64,000 nt of DNA from Macrostomum hystrix (GCA_950097015.1 CATNEN010000001.1:26102001-26166000), one strand, 5' to 3'. Positions 44,516 through 58,082 are shown, counted from the first letter of the stretch. The notes: generated from the sequence alone by a model not told the origin. Numbers and translations are program-made.

Positions 44516-45692
44516 CTGCATGGGCATTGGTTAGTGGAAATGGAGATTGTCAATTGGTATATGTAATATAATATCAACACTGACTTGACACTTCCGGCTC
44601 CTACCAGCCTTGCCGCTGAATAAGCGACATGAGTTGTATGTGTGTCAATTAGATTCTGCTAGCAATGAGAACAATGCATTTCATAGCACCTTGAAGGAAG
44701 TGCATGGCTCAGCATGGCCATGGCTAATAGGTCAGCTGACCCTCAACTGCACCTAGCAGCAGGGAGGGCATAATGTGTCTCATCTCCCCCCCATCTCATC
44801 TCCCGTCTCATCTCCTCTCGCTGGCTGCGAGGTGACGAGGTGCCGAGGGGGGCAGAGAGGCGGGGCCACCCACCCCACTCCACAGTCCCTGCCTTCGCTG
44901 GGGGCCTCTCCGCACATTTTCATTTGCCTGTGCGGCCCTCGACCCCCACTCTGTGGGTGGCCTCTTCTTAACAGCCACCCTGTAGGCCGTCACTAGCGCC
45001 AAGTGAGCCACAGTCAGCCAGACTGTTTTTCATTCAATGCACTTTAGTCTGCGTCTGATTGCTGACTTGTGTTTGTCCTGAGTGTGTCCTGTCCTTTGCT
45101 TGTGTTTACTGAAGGCACTGCAGTAATTAATGCCAATGCCAATTAACAGTTCAAGTAGCAGCAAACTGTAACTAAACTGTGCATTTTAGCTCAGCTGTGT
45201 CAGTTTTCCAGCAATAGCAGCGCAACAGCTAGGCTGAAATGGCGCAGAAGCACTAAAACTGACTGGCGGAGGCCCCCAGCCAATGGGAGAGCGCCCACAC
45301 GCCCACCCCTCCAGAAGCGATGCTCAGCCGTTTCACAAGCCCCAATTTCCACAGCGTCGAAAGCAGAAGTTGCTTCGGACTGCACAAACTCTGAATTGCG
45401 CACTGAAAATTGGGCTTTGTGAGAGCGGCCCGCACGGTACGCAGTGCGCATTTTCACCTATAAAAAGCAGCAAATGGAAAGCTTTATTCCCACTGATAAT
45501 ATTAATGCTATTATTTACGGCACTGCAAAACTGCTTGAGTGGCAGAGGCGGGCAAAACTCTGATTGGACAGAAAATATTTTGGCTAAAAATTGCAACCCA
45601 CTTTGACTCTGATCAGTGAAACACTGCGACCTGCACCCACTCAGTGCGATAATGCAAGATGAGAGACATTCTCAGTCGCCATGGCAACTCAC

Positions 45693-47523
45693 CCACGCAG
45701 CAGCTCGGCCAGTTCGCTCTTTCCCAGCATTGTGGCCAAATCCAGCGCAGTCATGCCATAATTGTCCTTCAGGCTCCAGTCCGACCCTGCGGCCAGCAGA
45801 GCCCGACCGACTGCGGCGGCGGTTGCGCGGGGCGCCCACTTGGCTGCTAAAATGAGGGGCGTGGATTCCCTGCAATTCCTGGGGTTGGCGGAGGCTCCGG
45901 CATGGAGCAGCTGGGAGACTGCGGCAGAATTGCCAACCTGGACTGCCCAGTGCATGCAACTGTCAGCAAGCATATCAGCACAGGTGGGGTCCCCGAGCTG
46001 CAGCAGATGCTGCCACAGAGCCCCGTCAGCGCACTGGATGTTCCAAGCTGCCCACATTAACGCTGTCAAACCCCCACTGTTCGGCAGGTCGCAGTTGCCG
46101 CGGGTCGCCGCTCGCCGCAGCCCCGCCGAGTCGCCCGCATCAGCCAGCCGCTCCAGTTGCTTTCGCTCTGCCTCCTCCTGCAAAGGCGAGTGGAGAATTT
46201 GAGCACAGCTGCTCATCTGCACCCACATCGGCACCCCAGATGCCACTCACCGAGGCTGTCAGGCCGGAGATGTAGCCATATTCACCCACTCGCAGCCGCA
46301 TCTCCCTGCAAAGCAGAAGAAATCAAATGCGAAATTCTCATCGCACACAAACAGGCAGCAGTTTCAGACAAGCTCATTTTTACTCAGCCTCAAATTCGCT
46401 GCATCAGCAAAGTGTTGGGGTCGAGAAAGCACTGCGGCATGAGAAATGCCAATTCTCAGTGCTGCCAATGTGGCACACACAAATCTGTGCACTGGCCATT
46501 GGAGATTTGCTGATTGCCTATTTGCGAATCTCCAAGTTAAGGGAAGTGAAATCTCAGCCAATCAGAATATTGGGGAAGGGAAACTGGCCGTGGGAGACAC
46601 AAACACATGGGGAATTCAGTTGCATGCACAAAATTCCCCTGCATCTCTAGTGCTTTCCCAGATTGACAGGTTCCCATTTGAGTGATCTCCCATCGATTTA
46701 TTAGTTAGCTCGAGTTGCTAAACTAGAAATGCAAAAGCGACTGCACCGAAATGAAATCCCATTGGGCCATGCAAACAACAGCGGCTTCAGCTGACTGGCT
46801 CTGATTGGCTGGGCTGAGACCAATGCTCAGGCCACCCCAGCTGCAATGCTGCGAATCGGGCACAGCAGCGAACTGATCACTCACCGCTCAATGTCGCTGG
46901 CCAGCTCTGAGTGGCCGCCCTGCCTCGCCAGGTCGAGCGCGGTTCGACCTTCGCTGTCCTGCAGGCCGAGCAGCTGATCCCTCTTTGAGTTGCCTCTCTC
47001 CTTATACTCATTACACCTCCTCTGCCTCAGCAGATGCAGCAGGTGTTTCGCGGATCGCCAGCTGCCGGCCCGAGCTGCCTCCATCAGCGGTGTCGCGCCT
47101 CGCTCGTTCTGCAGCCACTTCGCATCGAACGGCAGCAGCGCCAGCAGCCGCATGTGGTTTCGTCTGGCTGCCACGTGAGCTGCCGTGTCGCCCGCCCCAT
47201 CACGCGCTCCCGGATCCGCGCCCAACTCAAATAAGTACAATACGCACTTCTCAGCCTCCACGGGAGTCTCTGGAGCGTCGGCCACCACCATCAAGACGGT
47301 CCTTCCGCTGTCATCTGTGCTTGCCACCAGCTGTCGCGTCGCCCGCAGCCGCACCTGGCCATAGTCGCCCTGGATGGTCAGCTGGGCGAGTCTCTGCAGC
47401 GGAGAGTCGGCAATGCAACAGTCATGCAGTGGGCAAGTTCAGTCAATATTTGAGCAATCGAGTGAGCACTGTGATTGGCTCTGAGTCCCTCACCTGGTCA
47501 TCGCTTGGGCCTCCAGCTGCCAT
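45693..47523 (-). CDS. Ankyrin-kinase copy 1, exons 1-4 (47523-47494, 47393-46885, 46305-46251, 46177-45693); ~8 ankyrin repeats
   Basis: GxTxLxxAA motifs (GDTAAHVAA, GATPLMEAA, GRTALDLA, GLTALMWAA, STPLILAA, GMTALDLA); all junctions GT-AG and in phase; full model 1995 nt, 664 aa. Confidence 0.85.
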
Positions 47524-48186
47524 GGGACTGATTAGAGTGAGAAGTTTGATTGAGCACTGCTCAAGGTGAGCACACTGCGATTCCAGCTCTTGCCCGCTGC
47601 AGCTTGAAGACAGCTAGCTATTATGCTTGAGTTGGTTGCCATGGCAACGGGCAGGCCAGTGTCTGCCGCTCTCTCCTTGGAGTGCTCTCGAATCGTGCTC
47701 CTTGGTGGCTACTCACAGGGCAGTAGAGTGGAGGGCATTCTGCAGCTGTGATAAATATTATGAGTAAACTAGTGTTTCATTACATTATGACGTCAACGCT
47801 CGCACAACTGTATCATTGTGCAATATTCTCAATATGAGGAAAAAAATTAGCATTCCGGGGCAAATATTTTCTTATATTAAGTTATTGGGACTTTTAATAT
47901 GCAATATAATTTGTTCACTATAACACAAATGTTTATAAAAAGCGAAATCTTCGTGTTTTTTAATTACGTTGGACGCATACACAAAGAGGCTGAAATATAA
48001 TGGATCAATGATAAATTGAAATGGTTTGAATAACGTGTTGAACAATGATCAGTTGTTCAGGAAAGCATTTTGCAAACAATGGAAAGCTTTCTTTCAATTT
48101 CTTAGTCCGATCCCGGGAATAAGTTTTTTTAATTTTAAATCCCAAGACTGGAAAATGTCCAGGATTTGAGACTGTCGTGCAGTGAA

Positions 48187-49851
48187 GGAAACGGAAGAGG
48201 AGAAGAAACGAAAGAGGAGAAGAAACGGAAGAGGAGAAGAAACGAAAGAGGAGAAAAAACGAAAGAGGAGAAGAAACGGAAGAGGAGAAGAAACGGAAGA
48301 GGGGAAGAAACGAAAGAGGAGAAGAAACGAAAGAGGAGAAGAAACGGAAGAAGAGAAGAAACGGAAGAGGAGAAGAAACGGAAGAGGAGGAGAAACGAAG
48401 AGGAGAAGAAACGAAAGAGGAGAAGAAACGGAAGAGGAGAAGAAACGGAAGAGGAGAAGAAACGGAAGAAGAGAAGAAACGGAAGAAGAGAAGAAACGGA
48501 AGAGGAGAAGAAACGGAAGAGGAGAAGAAACGGAAGAAGAGAAGAAACGAAAGAGGAGAAGAAACGAAAGAGGGGAAGAAACGGAAGAAGAGAAGAAACG
48601 GAAGAAGAGAAGAAACGGAAGAGGAGAAGAAACGGAAGAGGAGAAGAAACGAAAGAGGAGGAGAAACAGAAGAGGAGAAGAAACGAAAGAGGAGAAGAAA
48701 CGGAAGAAGAGAAGAAACGGAAGAGGAGAAGAAACGGAAGAAGAGAAGAAACGGAAGAGGAGAAGAAACGGAAGAGGAGAAGAAACGGAAGAAGAGAAGA
48801 AACGGAAGAGGAGAAGAAACGGAAGAAGAGAAGAAACGAAAGAGGAGAAGAAACGAAAGAGGAGAAGAAACGGAAGAAGAGAAGAAACGGAAGAGGAGAA
48901 GAAACGAAAGAGGAGAAGAAACGGAAGAGGAGAAGAAACGGAAGAGGAGAAGAAACGGAAGAAGACAAGAAACGGAAGAGGAGAAGAAACGGAAGAGGAG
49001 AAGAAACGGAAGAAGAGAAGAAACGGAAGAGGAGAAGAAACGGAAGAGGAGAAGAAACGGAAGAAGAGAAGAAATGGAAGAGGAGAAGAAACGGAAGAAT
49101 AGAAGAAACGGAAGAAGAGAAGAAACGGAAGAGGAGAAGAAACGGAAGAAGAGAAGAAACGGAAGAGGAGAAGAAACGGAAGAGGAGAAGAAACGGAAGA
49201 AGAGAAGAAACGAAAGAGGAGAAGAAACGGAAGAGGAGAAGAAACGAAAGAGGAGAAGAAACGGAAGAGGAGAAGAAACGGAAGAAGATAAGAAACGGAA
49301 GAAGAGAAGAAACGGAAGAAGAGAAGAAACGGAAGAAGAGAAGAAACGGAAGAAGAGAAGAAACGGAAGAGGAGAAGAAACGGAAGAAGAGAAGAAACGG
49401 AAGAGGAGAAGAAACGAAAGAGGAGAAGAAACGGAAGAAGAGAAGAAACGAAAGAGGAGAAGAAACGGAAGAGGAGAAGAAACGGAAGAAGAGAAGAAAC
49501 GAAAGAGGAGAAGAAACGAAAGAGGAGAAGAAACGAAAGAGGAGAAGAAACGAAAGAGGAGAAGAAACGGAAGAGGAGAAGAAACGAAAGAGGAGAAGAA
49601 ACGGAAGAGGAGAAGAAACGGAAGAAGATAAGAAACGGAAGAAGAGAAGAAACGGAAGAAGAGAAGAAACGGAAGAAGAGAAGAAACGGAAGAAGAGAAG
49701 AAACGGAAGAGGAGAAGAAACGGAAGAAGAGAAGAAACGGAAGAGGAGAAGAAACGAAAGAGGAGAAGAAACGGAAGAAGAGAAGAAACGAAAGAGGAGA
49801 AGAAACGGAAGAGGAGAAGAAACGGAAGAAGAGAAGAAACGAAAGAGGAGA
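48187..49851. repeat. 17-bp purine-rich minisatellite (GAAGAGGAGAAGAAACG)
   Basis: Tandem copies; source of the spurious K/R/E-rich and F/S-rich ORFs. Confidence 0.95.
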
Positions 49852-50351
49852 ATATAGGGAAGAGGACATGCGGACACCTCTCCTCATATTACCCCGTTGA
49901 AAAAAAGTCAGATTTTCTTCGACATTCTCCGTCAAGAAATCAACATTTCTCAAACAGTCGAGAATGCCGGACTTCTGTCGTGAAAAGCCGAAAAAATGAC
50001 GTTTCGGGTAAAATCGGAGAAATTTTAAGGTATTTCTCCGACATTCTCGGACACAGCACAACTTTCTACGTCTGAAATGTATTTCAGAAATGAGTTGGAT
50101 AAAATCTGAGAAAAATAGGAGAAACATAAATTTCAGATGTTCTCAAATGAATTTAGGATTTTCCTGATCCCGGGTAATCTCCGAGTGATGTACATTTATT
50201 TTTTATTGGTCACATTTGAGTGATTCTCACTTGCAAAGTCTAAATAATAGTATAAAGTTCAAGTGATAAATGAGCTCATATGAATGGGTGACATGACCAA
50301 AGCACTCATAGCACTCTACTGTGAGTAACATGAGCTTTCTATGAGTATCAT

Positions 50352-53300
50352 CAGCAGCAGCAGTTTATAATGAGTAGCAGCAGGCTATAATGAGTAGCAG
50401 CAGTTTATAATGAGTAGCAGCAGTCTATAATGAGTAGCAGCAGTCTATAATGAGTAGCAGCAGTTTATAATGAGTAGCAGCAGTTTATAATGAGTAGCAG
50501 CAGGCTATAATGAGTAGCAGCAGTTTATAATGAGTAGCAGCAGTTTATAATGAGTAGCAGCAGTTTATAATGAGTAGCAGCAGTTTATAATGAGTAGCAG
50601 CAGTTTATAATGAGTAGCAGCAGTTTATAATGAGTAGCAGCAGTTTATAATGAGTAGCAGCAGGCTATAATGAGTAGCAGCAGTTTATAATGAGTAGCAG
50701 CAGTCTATAATGAGTAGCAGCAGTCTATAATGAGTAGCAGCAGTTTATAATGAGTAGCAGCAGTTTATAATGAGTAGCAGCAGGCTATAATGAGTAGCAG
50801 CAGTTTATAATGAGTAGCAGCAGTTTATAATGAGTAGCAGCAGTTTATAATGAGTAGCAGCAGTTTATAATGAGTAGCAGCAGTTTATAATGAGTAGCAG
50901 CAGTTTATAATGAGTAGCAGCAGTTTATAATGAGTAGCAGCAGTTTATAATGAGTAGCAGCAGTTTATAATGAGTAGCAGCAGTTTATAATGAGTAGCAG
51001 CAGTTTATAATGAGTAGCAGCAGGCTATAATGAGTAGCAGCAGGCTATAATGAGTAGCAGCAGGCTATAATGAGTAGCAGCAGTCTATAATGAGTAGCAG
51101 CAGGCTATAATGAGTAGCAGCAGGCTATAATGAGTAGCAGCAGTCTATAATGAGTAGCAGCAGGCTATAATGAGTAGCAGCAGGCTATAATGAGTAGCAG
51201 CAGGCTATAATGAGTAGCAGCAGTCTATAATGAGTAGCAGCAGTCTATAATGAGTAGCAGCAGGCTATAATGAGTAGCAGCAGGCTATAATGAGTAGCAG
51301 CAGGCTATAATGAGTATCAGCAGGCTATAATGAGTAGCAGCAGGCTATAATGAGTAGCAGCAGTTTATAATGAGTATCAGCAGGCTATAATGAGTAGCAG
51401 CAGGCTATAATGAGTAGCAGCAGTCTATAATGAGTAGCAGCAGTTTATAATGAGTAGCAGCAGTTTATAATGAGTAGCAGCAGTTTATAATGAGTAGCAG
51501 CAGTCTATAATGAGTAGCAGCAGTTTATAATGAGTAGCAGCAGTTTATAATGAGTAGCAGCAGTTTATAATGAGTAGCAGCAGTTTATAATGAGTAGCAG
51601 CAGTTTATAATGAGTAGCAGCAGTTTATAATGAGTAGCAGCAGGCTATAATGAGTAGCAGCAGGCTATAATGAGTAGCAGCAGGCTATAATGAGTAGCAG
51701 CAGGCTATAATGAGTAGCAGCAGTCTATAATGAGTAGCAGCAGGCTATAATGAGTAGCAGCAGGCTATAATGAGTAGCAGCAGTCTATAATGAGTAGCAG
51801 CAGGCTATAATGAGTAGCAGCAGGCTATAATGAGTAGCAGCAGGCTATAATGAGTAGCAGCAGGCTATAATGAGTAGCAGCAGTCTATAATGAGTAGCAG
51901 CAGTCTATAATGAGTAGCAGCAGGCTATAATGAGTAGCAGCAGGCTATAATGAGTAGCAGCAGGCTATAATGAGTAGCAGCAGTCTATAATGAGTAGCAG
52001 CAGTTTATAATGAGTAGCAGCAGTCTATAATGAGTAGCAGCAGGCTATAATGAGTAGCAGCAGGCTATAATGAGTAGCAGCAGTCTATAATGAGTAGCAG
52101 CAGTTTATAATGAGTAGCAGCAGTTTATAATGAGTAGCAGCAGTTTATAATGAGTAGCAGCAGTCTATAATGAGTAGCAGCAGTTTATAATGAGTAGCAG
52201 CAGTTTATAATGAGTAGCAGCAGTTTATAATGAGTAGCAGCAGGCTATAATGAGTAGCAGCAGGCTATAATGAGTAGCAGCTGCAGTTTATAATGAGTAG
52301 CAGCAGTCTATAATGAGTAGCAGCAGGCTATAATGAGTAGCAGCAGGCTATAATGAGTAGCAGCAGTCTATAATGAGTAGCAGCAGTTTATAATGAGTAG
52401 CAGCAGGCTATAATGAGTAGCAGCAGGCTATAATGAGTAGCAGCAGTCTATAATGAGTAGCAGCAGGCTATAATGAGTAGCAGCAGGCTATAATGAGTAG
52501 CAGCTGCAGTTTATAATGAGTAGCAGCAGTCTATAATGAGTAGCAGCAGGCTATAATGAGTAGCAGCAGGCTATAATGAGTAGCAGCAGGCTATAATGAG
52601 TAGCAGCAGGCTATAATGAGTAGCAGCAGGCTATAATGAGTAGCAGCAGGCTATAATGAGTAGCAGCAGTCTATAATGAGTAGCAGCAGTCTATAATGAG
52701 TAGCAGCAGTTTATAATGAGTAGCAGCAGTTTATAATGAGTAGCAGCAGTCTATAATGAGTAGCAGCAGTCTATAATGAGTAGCAGCAGTCTATAATGAG
52801 TAGCAGCAGTTTATAATGAGTAGCAGCAGTTTATAATGAGTAGCAGCAGGCTATAATGAGTAGCAGCAGTTTATTATGAGTAGCAGCAGGCTATAATGAG
52901 TAGCAGCAGTTTATAATGAGTAGCAGCAGGCTATGATGAGTAGCAGCAGTTTATTATGAGTAGCAGCAGGCTATAATGAGTAGCAGCAGTTTATAATGAG
53001 TAGCAGCAGGCTATAATGAGTAGCAGCAGTTTATAATGAGTAGCAGCAGGCTATAATGAGTAGCAGCAGGCTATAATGAGTAGCAGCAGTTTATTATGAG
53101 TAGCAGCAGGCTATAATGAGTAGCAGCAGTTTATTATGAGTAGCAGCAGGCTATAATGAGTAGCAGCAGTTTATAATGAGTAGCAGCAGGCTATAATGAG
53201 TAGCAGCAGTTTATAATGAGTAGCAGCAGGCTATAATGAGTAGCAGCAGGCTATAATGAGTAGCAGCAGGCTATAATGAGTAGCAGCAGGCTATAATGAG

Positions 53301-54865
53301 TAGCAGCAGTTTATTATGAGTAGCAGCAGGCTATAATGAGTAGCAGCAGTTTATAATGAGTAGCAGCAGGCTATGATGAGTAGCAGCAGTCTATAATGAG
53401 TAGCAGCAGTTTATAATGAGTAGCGGCACTCTACTATGAGTAGCAGCAGGCTATAATGAGTAGCAGCAGGCTATAATGAGTAGCAGCAGTTTATTATGAG
53501 TAGCAGCAGGCTATAATGAGTAGCAGCAGTTTATAATGAGTAGCAGCAGGCTATGATGAGTAGCAGCAGTCTATAATGAGTAGCAGCAGTTTATAATGAG
53601 TAGCGGCACTCTACTATGAGTAGCAGCAGGCTATAATGAGTAGCAGCAGGCTATAATGAATAGCAGCAGGCTATAATGAGTAGCAGCAGTTTATAATGAG
53701 TAGCAGCAGGCTATGATGAGTAGCAGCAGTCTATAATGAGTAGCAGCAGTTTATAATGAGTAGCGGCACTCTACTATGAGTAGCAGCAGTCTATAATGAG
53801 TAGCAGCAGGCTATAATGAGTAGCAGCAGGCTATAATGAGTAGCAGCAGGCTATAATGAGTAGCAGCAGGCTATAATGAGTAGCAGCAGGCTATAATGAG
53901 TAGCAGCAGTTTATAATGAGTAGCAGCAGGCTATAATGAGTAGCAGCAGGCTATAATGAGTAGCAGCAGGCTATAATGAGTAGCAGCATTTTATAATGAG
54001 TAGCAGCAGGCTATAATGAGTAGCAGCAGTTTATAATGAGTAGCAGCAGGCTATGATGAGTAGCAGCAGTCTATAATGAGTAGCAGCAGTTTATAATGAG
54101 TAGCGGCACTCTACTATGAGTAGCAGCAGGCTATAATGAGTAGCAGCAGGCTATAATGAGTAGCAGCATTTTATAATGAGTAGCAGCAGGCTATAATGAG
54201 TAGCAGCAGTTTATAATGAGTAGCAGCAGGCTATGATGAGTAGCAGCAGTCTATAATGAGTAGCAGCAGTTTATAATGAGTAGCGGCACTCTACTATGAG
54301 TAGCAGCAGGCTATAATGAGTAGCAGCAGGCTATAATGAGTAGCAGCATTTTATAATGAGTAGCAGCAGGCTATGATGAGTAGCAGCAGTCTATAATGAG
54401 TAGCAGCAGTTTATAATGAGTAGCGGCACTCTACTATGAGTAGCAGCAGGCTATAATGAGTAGCAGCAGTTTATAATGAGTAGCAGCAGGCTATAATGAG
54501 TAGCAGCAGTTTATAATGAGTAGCAGCAGGCTATAATGAGTAGCAGCAGGCTATAATGAGTAGCAGCAGGCTATAATGAGTAGCAGCAGTTTATAATGAG
54601 TAGCAGCAGGCTATAATGAGTAGCAGCAGGCTATAATGAGTAGCAGCAGGCTATAATGAGTAGCAGCAGGCTATAATGAGTAGCAGCAGTCTATAATGAG
54701 TAGCAGCAGGCTATAATGAGTAGCAGCAGGCTATAATGAGTAGCAGCAGTCTATAATGAGTAGCAGCAGGCTATAATGAGTAGCAGCAGGCTATAATGAG
54801 TAGCAGCAGGCTATAATGAGTAGCAGCAGGCTATAATGAGTAGCGGCACTCTACTATGAGTAGCA
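50352..54865. repeat. 20-bp minisatellite (CAGKYTATAATGAGTAGCAG), ~225 copies
   Basis: Tandem copies with three main variant units. Confidence 0.97.
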
Positions 54866-55344
54866 GAAGCTGTGCTTTCTCAGTCTGAGTTGGAGGCAGT
54901 CTTAGCTCCAAGCCGCAAGCAGTGATAAGCGATGCGTTGCCATGGTAACCCCAGCAGGAGTGGAAAGACCGCCTTGCAGACCCGAATGGGGGCTTGTAAA
55001 GCAGATTGCGCACAATATCCCAACATTAGCAGTCAATATTCGCAGCAGTGCTTTAGCAGCCATTGCTGCGAGCCTTATCTCCTGTTATCTCCTCCAAAGC
55101 AGAGGTGCGCAGAGCCAAAAACCGCAGAACAGCACAGATCAGCCACAATCTCACCTCGAGTAGGCTGCTAGAAAATTTGCAGCTTTTTTTAAATGAAGGC
55201 ATTCCAAACACAGAGATTATCTGCGATTTCGCTTTGCATTTACACTTGCCCAAGGAACAAGCGAAACTCAGTTTTTTATGCTACAATTTTTTAAAGTCAC
55301 ATGCACTCAATTAGGAATGGTGAAAAAGTTGTCTTCCCCAAGTT

Positions 55345-55945
55345 CCTCCTGTGTTCCTCACCTGTTCCTCGCCTGTTCCTCCCCTGTTCCTCCCCTGTTC
55401 CTCCTCTATTTCTCCCCTGTTCCTCCCCTGTTGCTCCCCTGTTCCTCACCTGTTTCTCCCCTGTTCCTCCTCTGTTGCTCCCCTGTTCCTCCCCTGTTCC
55501 TCCTCTATTTCTCCCCTGTTCCTCCCCTGTTGCTCCCCTGTTCCTCACCTGTTTCTCCCCTGTTTCTCCCCTATTCCTCTTCTATTTCTCCCCTGTTCCT
55601 CCCCTGTTGCTCCCCTGTTCCTCACCTGTTTCTCCCCTGTTTCTCCCCTATTCCTCCTCTATTTCTCCCCTGTTCCTCCCCTGTTGCTCCCCTGTTCCTC
55701 ACCTGTTTCTCCCCTGTCTCTCCCCTATTCCTCCTCTATTTCTCCCCTGTTCCTCCTCTATTTCTCCCCTGTTCCTCCTCTATTTCTCCCCTGTTCCTCC
55801 CCTGTTGCTCCCCTGTTCCTCACCTGTTCCTCCCCTGTTTCTCCCCTATTCCTCCTCTGTTGCTCCTCTGTTGCTCCCCTGTTCCTCACCCGTTTCTCCC
55901 CTGTTCCTCGCCTGTTCCTCCCCTGTTCCTCCCTGTTTCTCCTCT
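55345..55945. repeat. Pyrimidine-rich ~11-bp-based minisatellite (CTCCCCTGTTC)
   Basis: Tandem copies; its last ~85 bp also occur at 19130-19215. Confidence 0.9.
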
Positions 55946-56237
55946 GTTTACAGATTTACAGATTTTCATACAATATAGCATGCAATTTGCTCAGTGTTTA
56001 TAACAATGCCACTAATATTATATTTCAAAGTGAGGTCACAATCCATAGAGCAATTCATGCGATTAAAAGAAGTGGCAAAAAGCTATTGAGGCAAGCATTG
56101 AACAAAGCTGCAAGCATGAGAAATGAGCAGATGCAGAACAGAGTCTGGGTCACTAGGGGAAACCGCTGATCCCACAGCGCTATGTACAAATTGGACTCTC
56201 ATGATCTGCTCACGCCAGCCACTCTGCCTGCTGTGCT

Positions 56238-57353
56238 TCACGGCCTGCCGAAGAGAGCGCTGAAGAAGCCCGGCTTGAGCTTCCCGCCCGTCAGGAACTC
56301 GTGGCTCAGCAGCTCCAGCGTGGACTTTCGCCTCCTGCGGTCTCGGGCGGTGCAGCGGCTGTAGAAGTCCCGCAGCTCCGCCGAGCAGCTGCCGGGCAGG
56401 GCAGGGGCTCCGTCCTTCTCCAGCTTCTGAGCCACGTGGACAAAGTGTCTGGCGTTTGAGTAGGGCCTGCCTCCCGTGGCCATCTGGAAGACTGAGCAGC
56501 CGAACGCCCAGATGTCCGACTCTCTGCTGTACCGCGGGTGGCCTTCATCGTCTGGTGCCAGCAGCTCTGGCGCCATGAAGTTCAGAGTGCCCTTCGGTGT
56601 GGCAGTGGAGGCTGTGAGGTGGCTGACAGACTGCTCCAGCTTGATTGACAGGCCGAAGTCGATCAGCTTGACTCGCCTGTTGTCACCGAGCACAATGATG
56701 TTGCTGCAGTTGATGTCTCTGTGGATCACGGGCGGCTGTCGGCTGTGCAGGTAGTGCAGCGCGCTGCAGATCTGCTGATGGGTGGGTTGAGGAACTGGTG
56801 TCGGCTGACGCTAAAAAGTCAACTCACTGCATCACTCATGAGCAGGCTGCTCAAATCTCACCTGCTCGCTGAACTGTCGAATGGCTTCTTCGCCCAGCGG
56901 CTGGGAGTCGAGAAATCTCTCCAGGCTGCAGCCATCCAGCAGCTCCATGAACACAACAACTGTCGCATTCTCAGACTGAGCGATGTGCAAGAAGCTGACG
57001 ATGTTGGGGTGCCGCAGCTGGCACAGGTTCTTCTCGCCCTCAATAAACTTGTCGATCTCCGTTTTCTTTGAAGGCTCCAGGTCGCCGAGCTGCACTGGCA
57101 GTCTGAGAGTCTTCGCAGCGCACCTGATGCCCGTGTCCGTGAGCACTTCGTGGACATCGCCGGAGCCTCCCCTGCCGATGAGCTTGACGGAATCCCAACG
57201 TTCAATAAGCAGCCTGAAGAAGTTTAAGTGGCTGATGAAAGCAAGCGGCAGGTGGGCAGAAGAGCTGCAGATTGCAGAGAGCAGAAATGCAACAAAAGCA
57301 GCAGCAATGTATGTACTCACGGTTGTATTTCAAAGTACTCCTTGCCTTCGTAC
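56238..57353 (-). CDS. Ankyrin-kinase copy 2, exons 5-7 (57353-57321, 57213-56862, 56771-56238); STE11/MAP3K-like kinase domain
   Basis: IGRGGSGDV, CAAK, HRDINCSN, DFG, APE; 90-bp intron 56861-56772 is the empty insertion site; micro-exon differs from copy 1 by a frame-preserving 3-nt indel. Confidence 0.9.
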
Positions 57354-57647
57354 CTGCATGGGCATTGGTTAGTGGAAATGAAGATTGTCAACGAGTAATT
57401 AGTATAATAGCACTCAAAAACTCAATCATAATATAATATAATATCAACACTGACTTGACACTTCCGGCTCCTACCAGCCTTGCCGCTGAATAAGCGACAT
57501 GAGTTGTATGTGTGTCAATTAGATTCTGCTAGCAATGAGAACAATGCATTTCATAGCACCTTGAAGGAAGTGCATGGCTCAGCATGGCCATGGCTAATAG
57601 GTCAGCTGACCCTCAACTGCACCTAGCAGCAGGGAGGGCATAATGTG

Positions 57648-57990
57648 TCTCATCTCCCCCATCTCATCTCCCGTCTCATCTCCCCTGTCTCATCTCCCCT
57701 GTCTCATCTCTCCTCTGTCTCATCTCCCCTGTCTCATCTCCCTGTCTCATCTCCCGTGTCTCATCTCTCCCCTGTCTCATCTCTCCCCTGTCTCATCTCT
57801 CCCCTGTCTCATCTCTCCTCTGTCTCATCTCCCTTGTCTCATCTCTCCCTGTGTCTCACCTCTTCCGTGTCTCATCTCTGCCCTGTCTCATCTCGCCTGT
57901 CTCATCTCTCCCTGTGTCTCACCTCTTCCGTGTCTCATCTCTCCTCTGTCTCATCTCCCCTGTCTCATCACCCCTGTCTCATCTCCCCAG
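57648..57990. repeat. TGTCTCATCTC(TC)CCC minisatellite in intron 4 of copy 2
   Basis: Tandem 15-17-bp units; only ~3 units at the paralogous site 44777-44815. Confidence 0.85.
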
Positions 57991-58082
57991 TCTCAAAACA
58001 AGCTTCCGAAGGAGATTCCTGCCCAGGCATGCGGTGGGGAAAAGTGAATAAAGCTCTCCAGCTTCATTCAGCTGCTTCTGAT

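Noticed and set aside
45200-45606. ORFs conserved between the two gene copies in intron 4
   Set aside because: Conservation is explained by near-identical duplicated DNA; exon 4 splices in phase to the micro-exon without them
48094-50127. Lys/Arg/Glu-rich or Phe/Ser-rich proteins
   Set aside because: 17-bp minisatellite read in all frames
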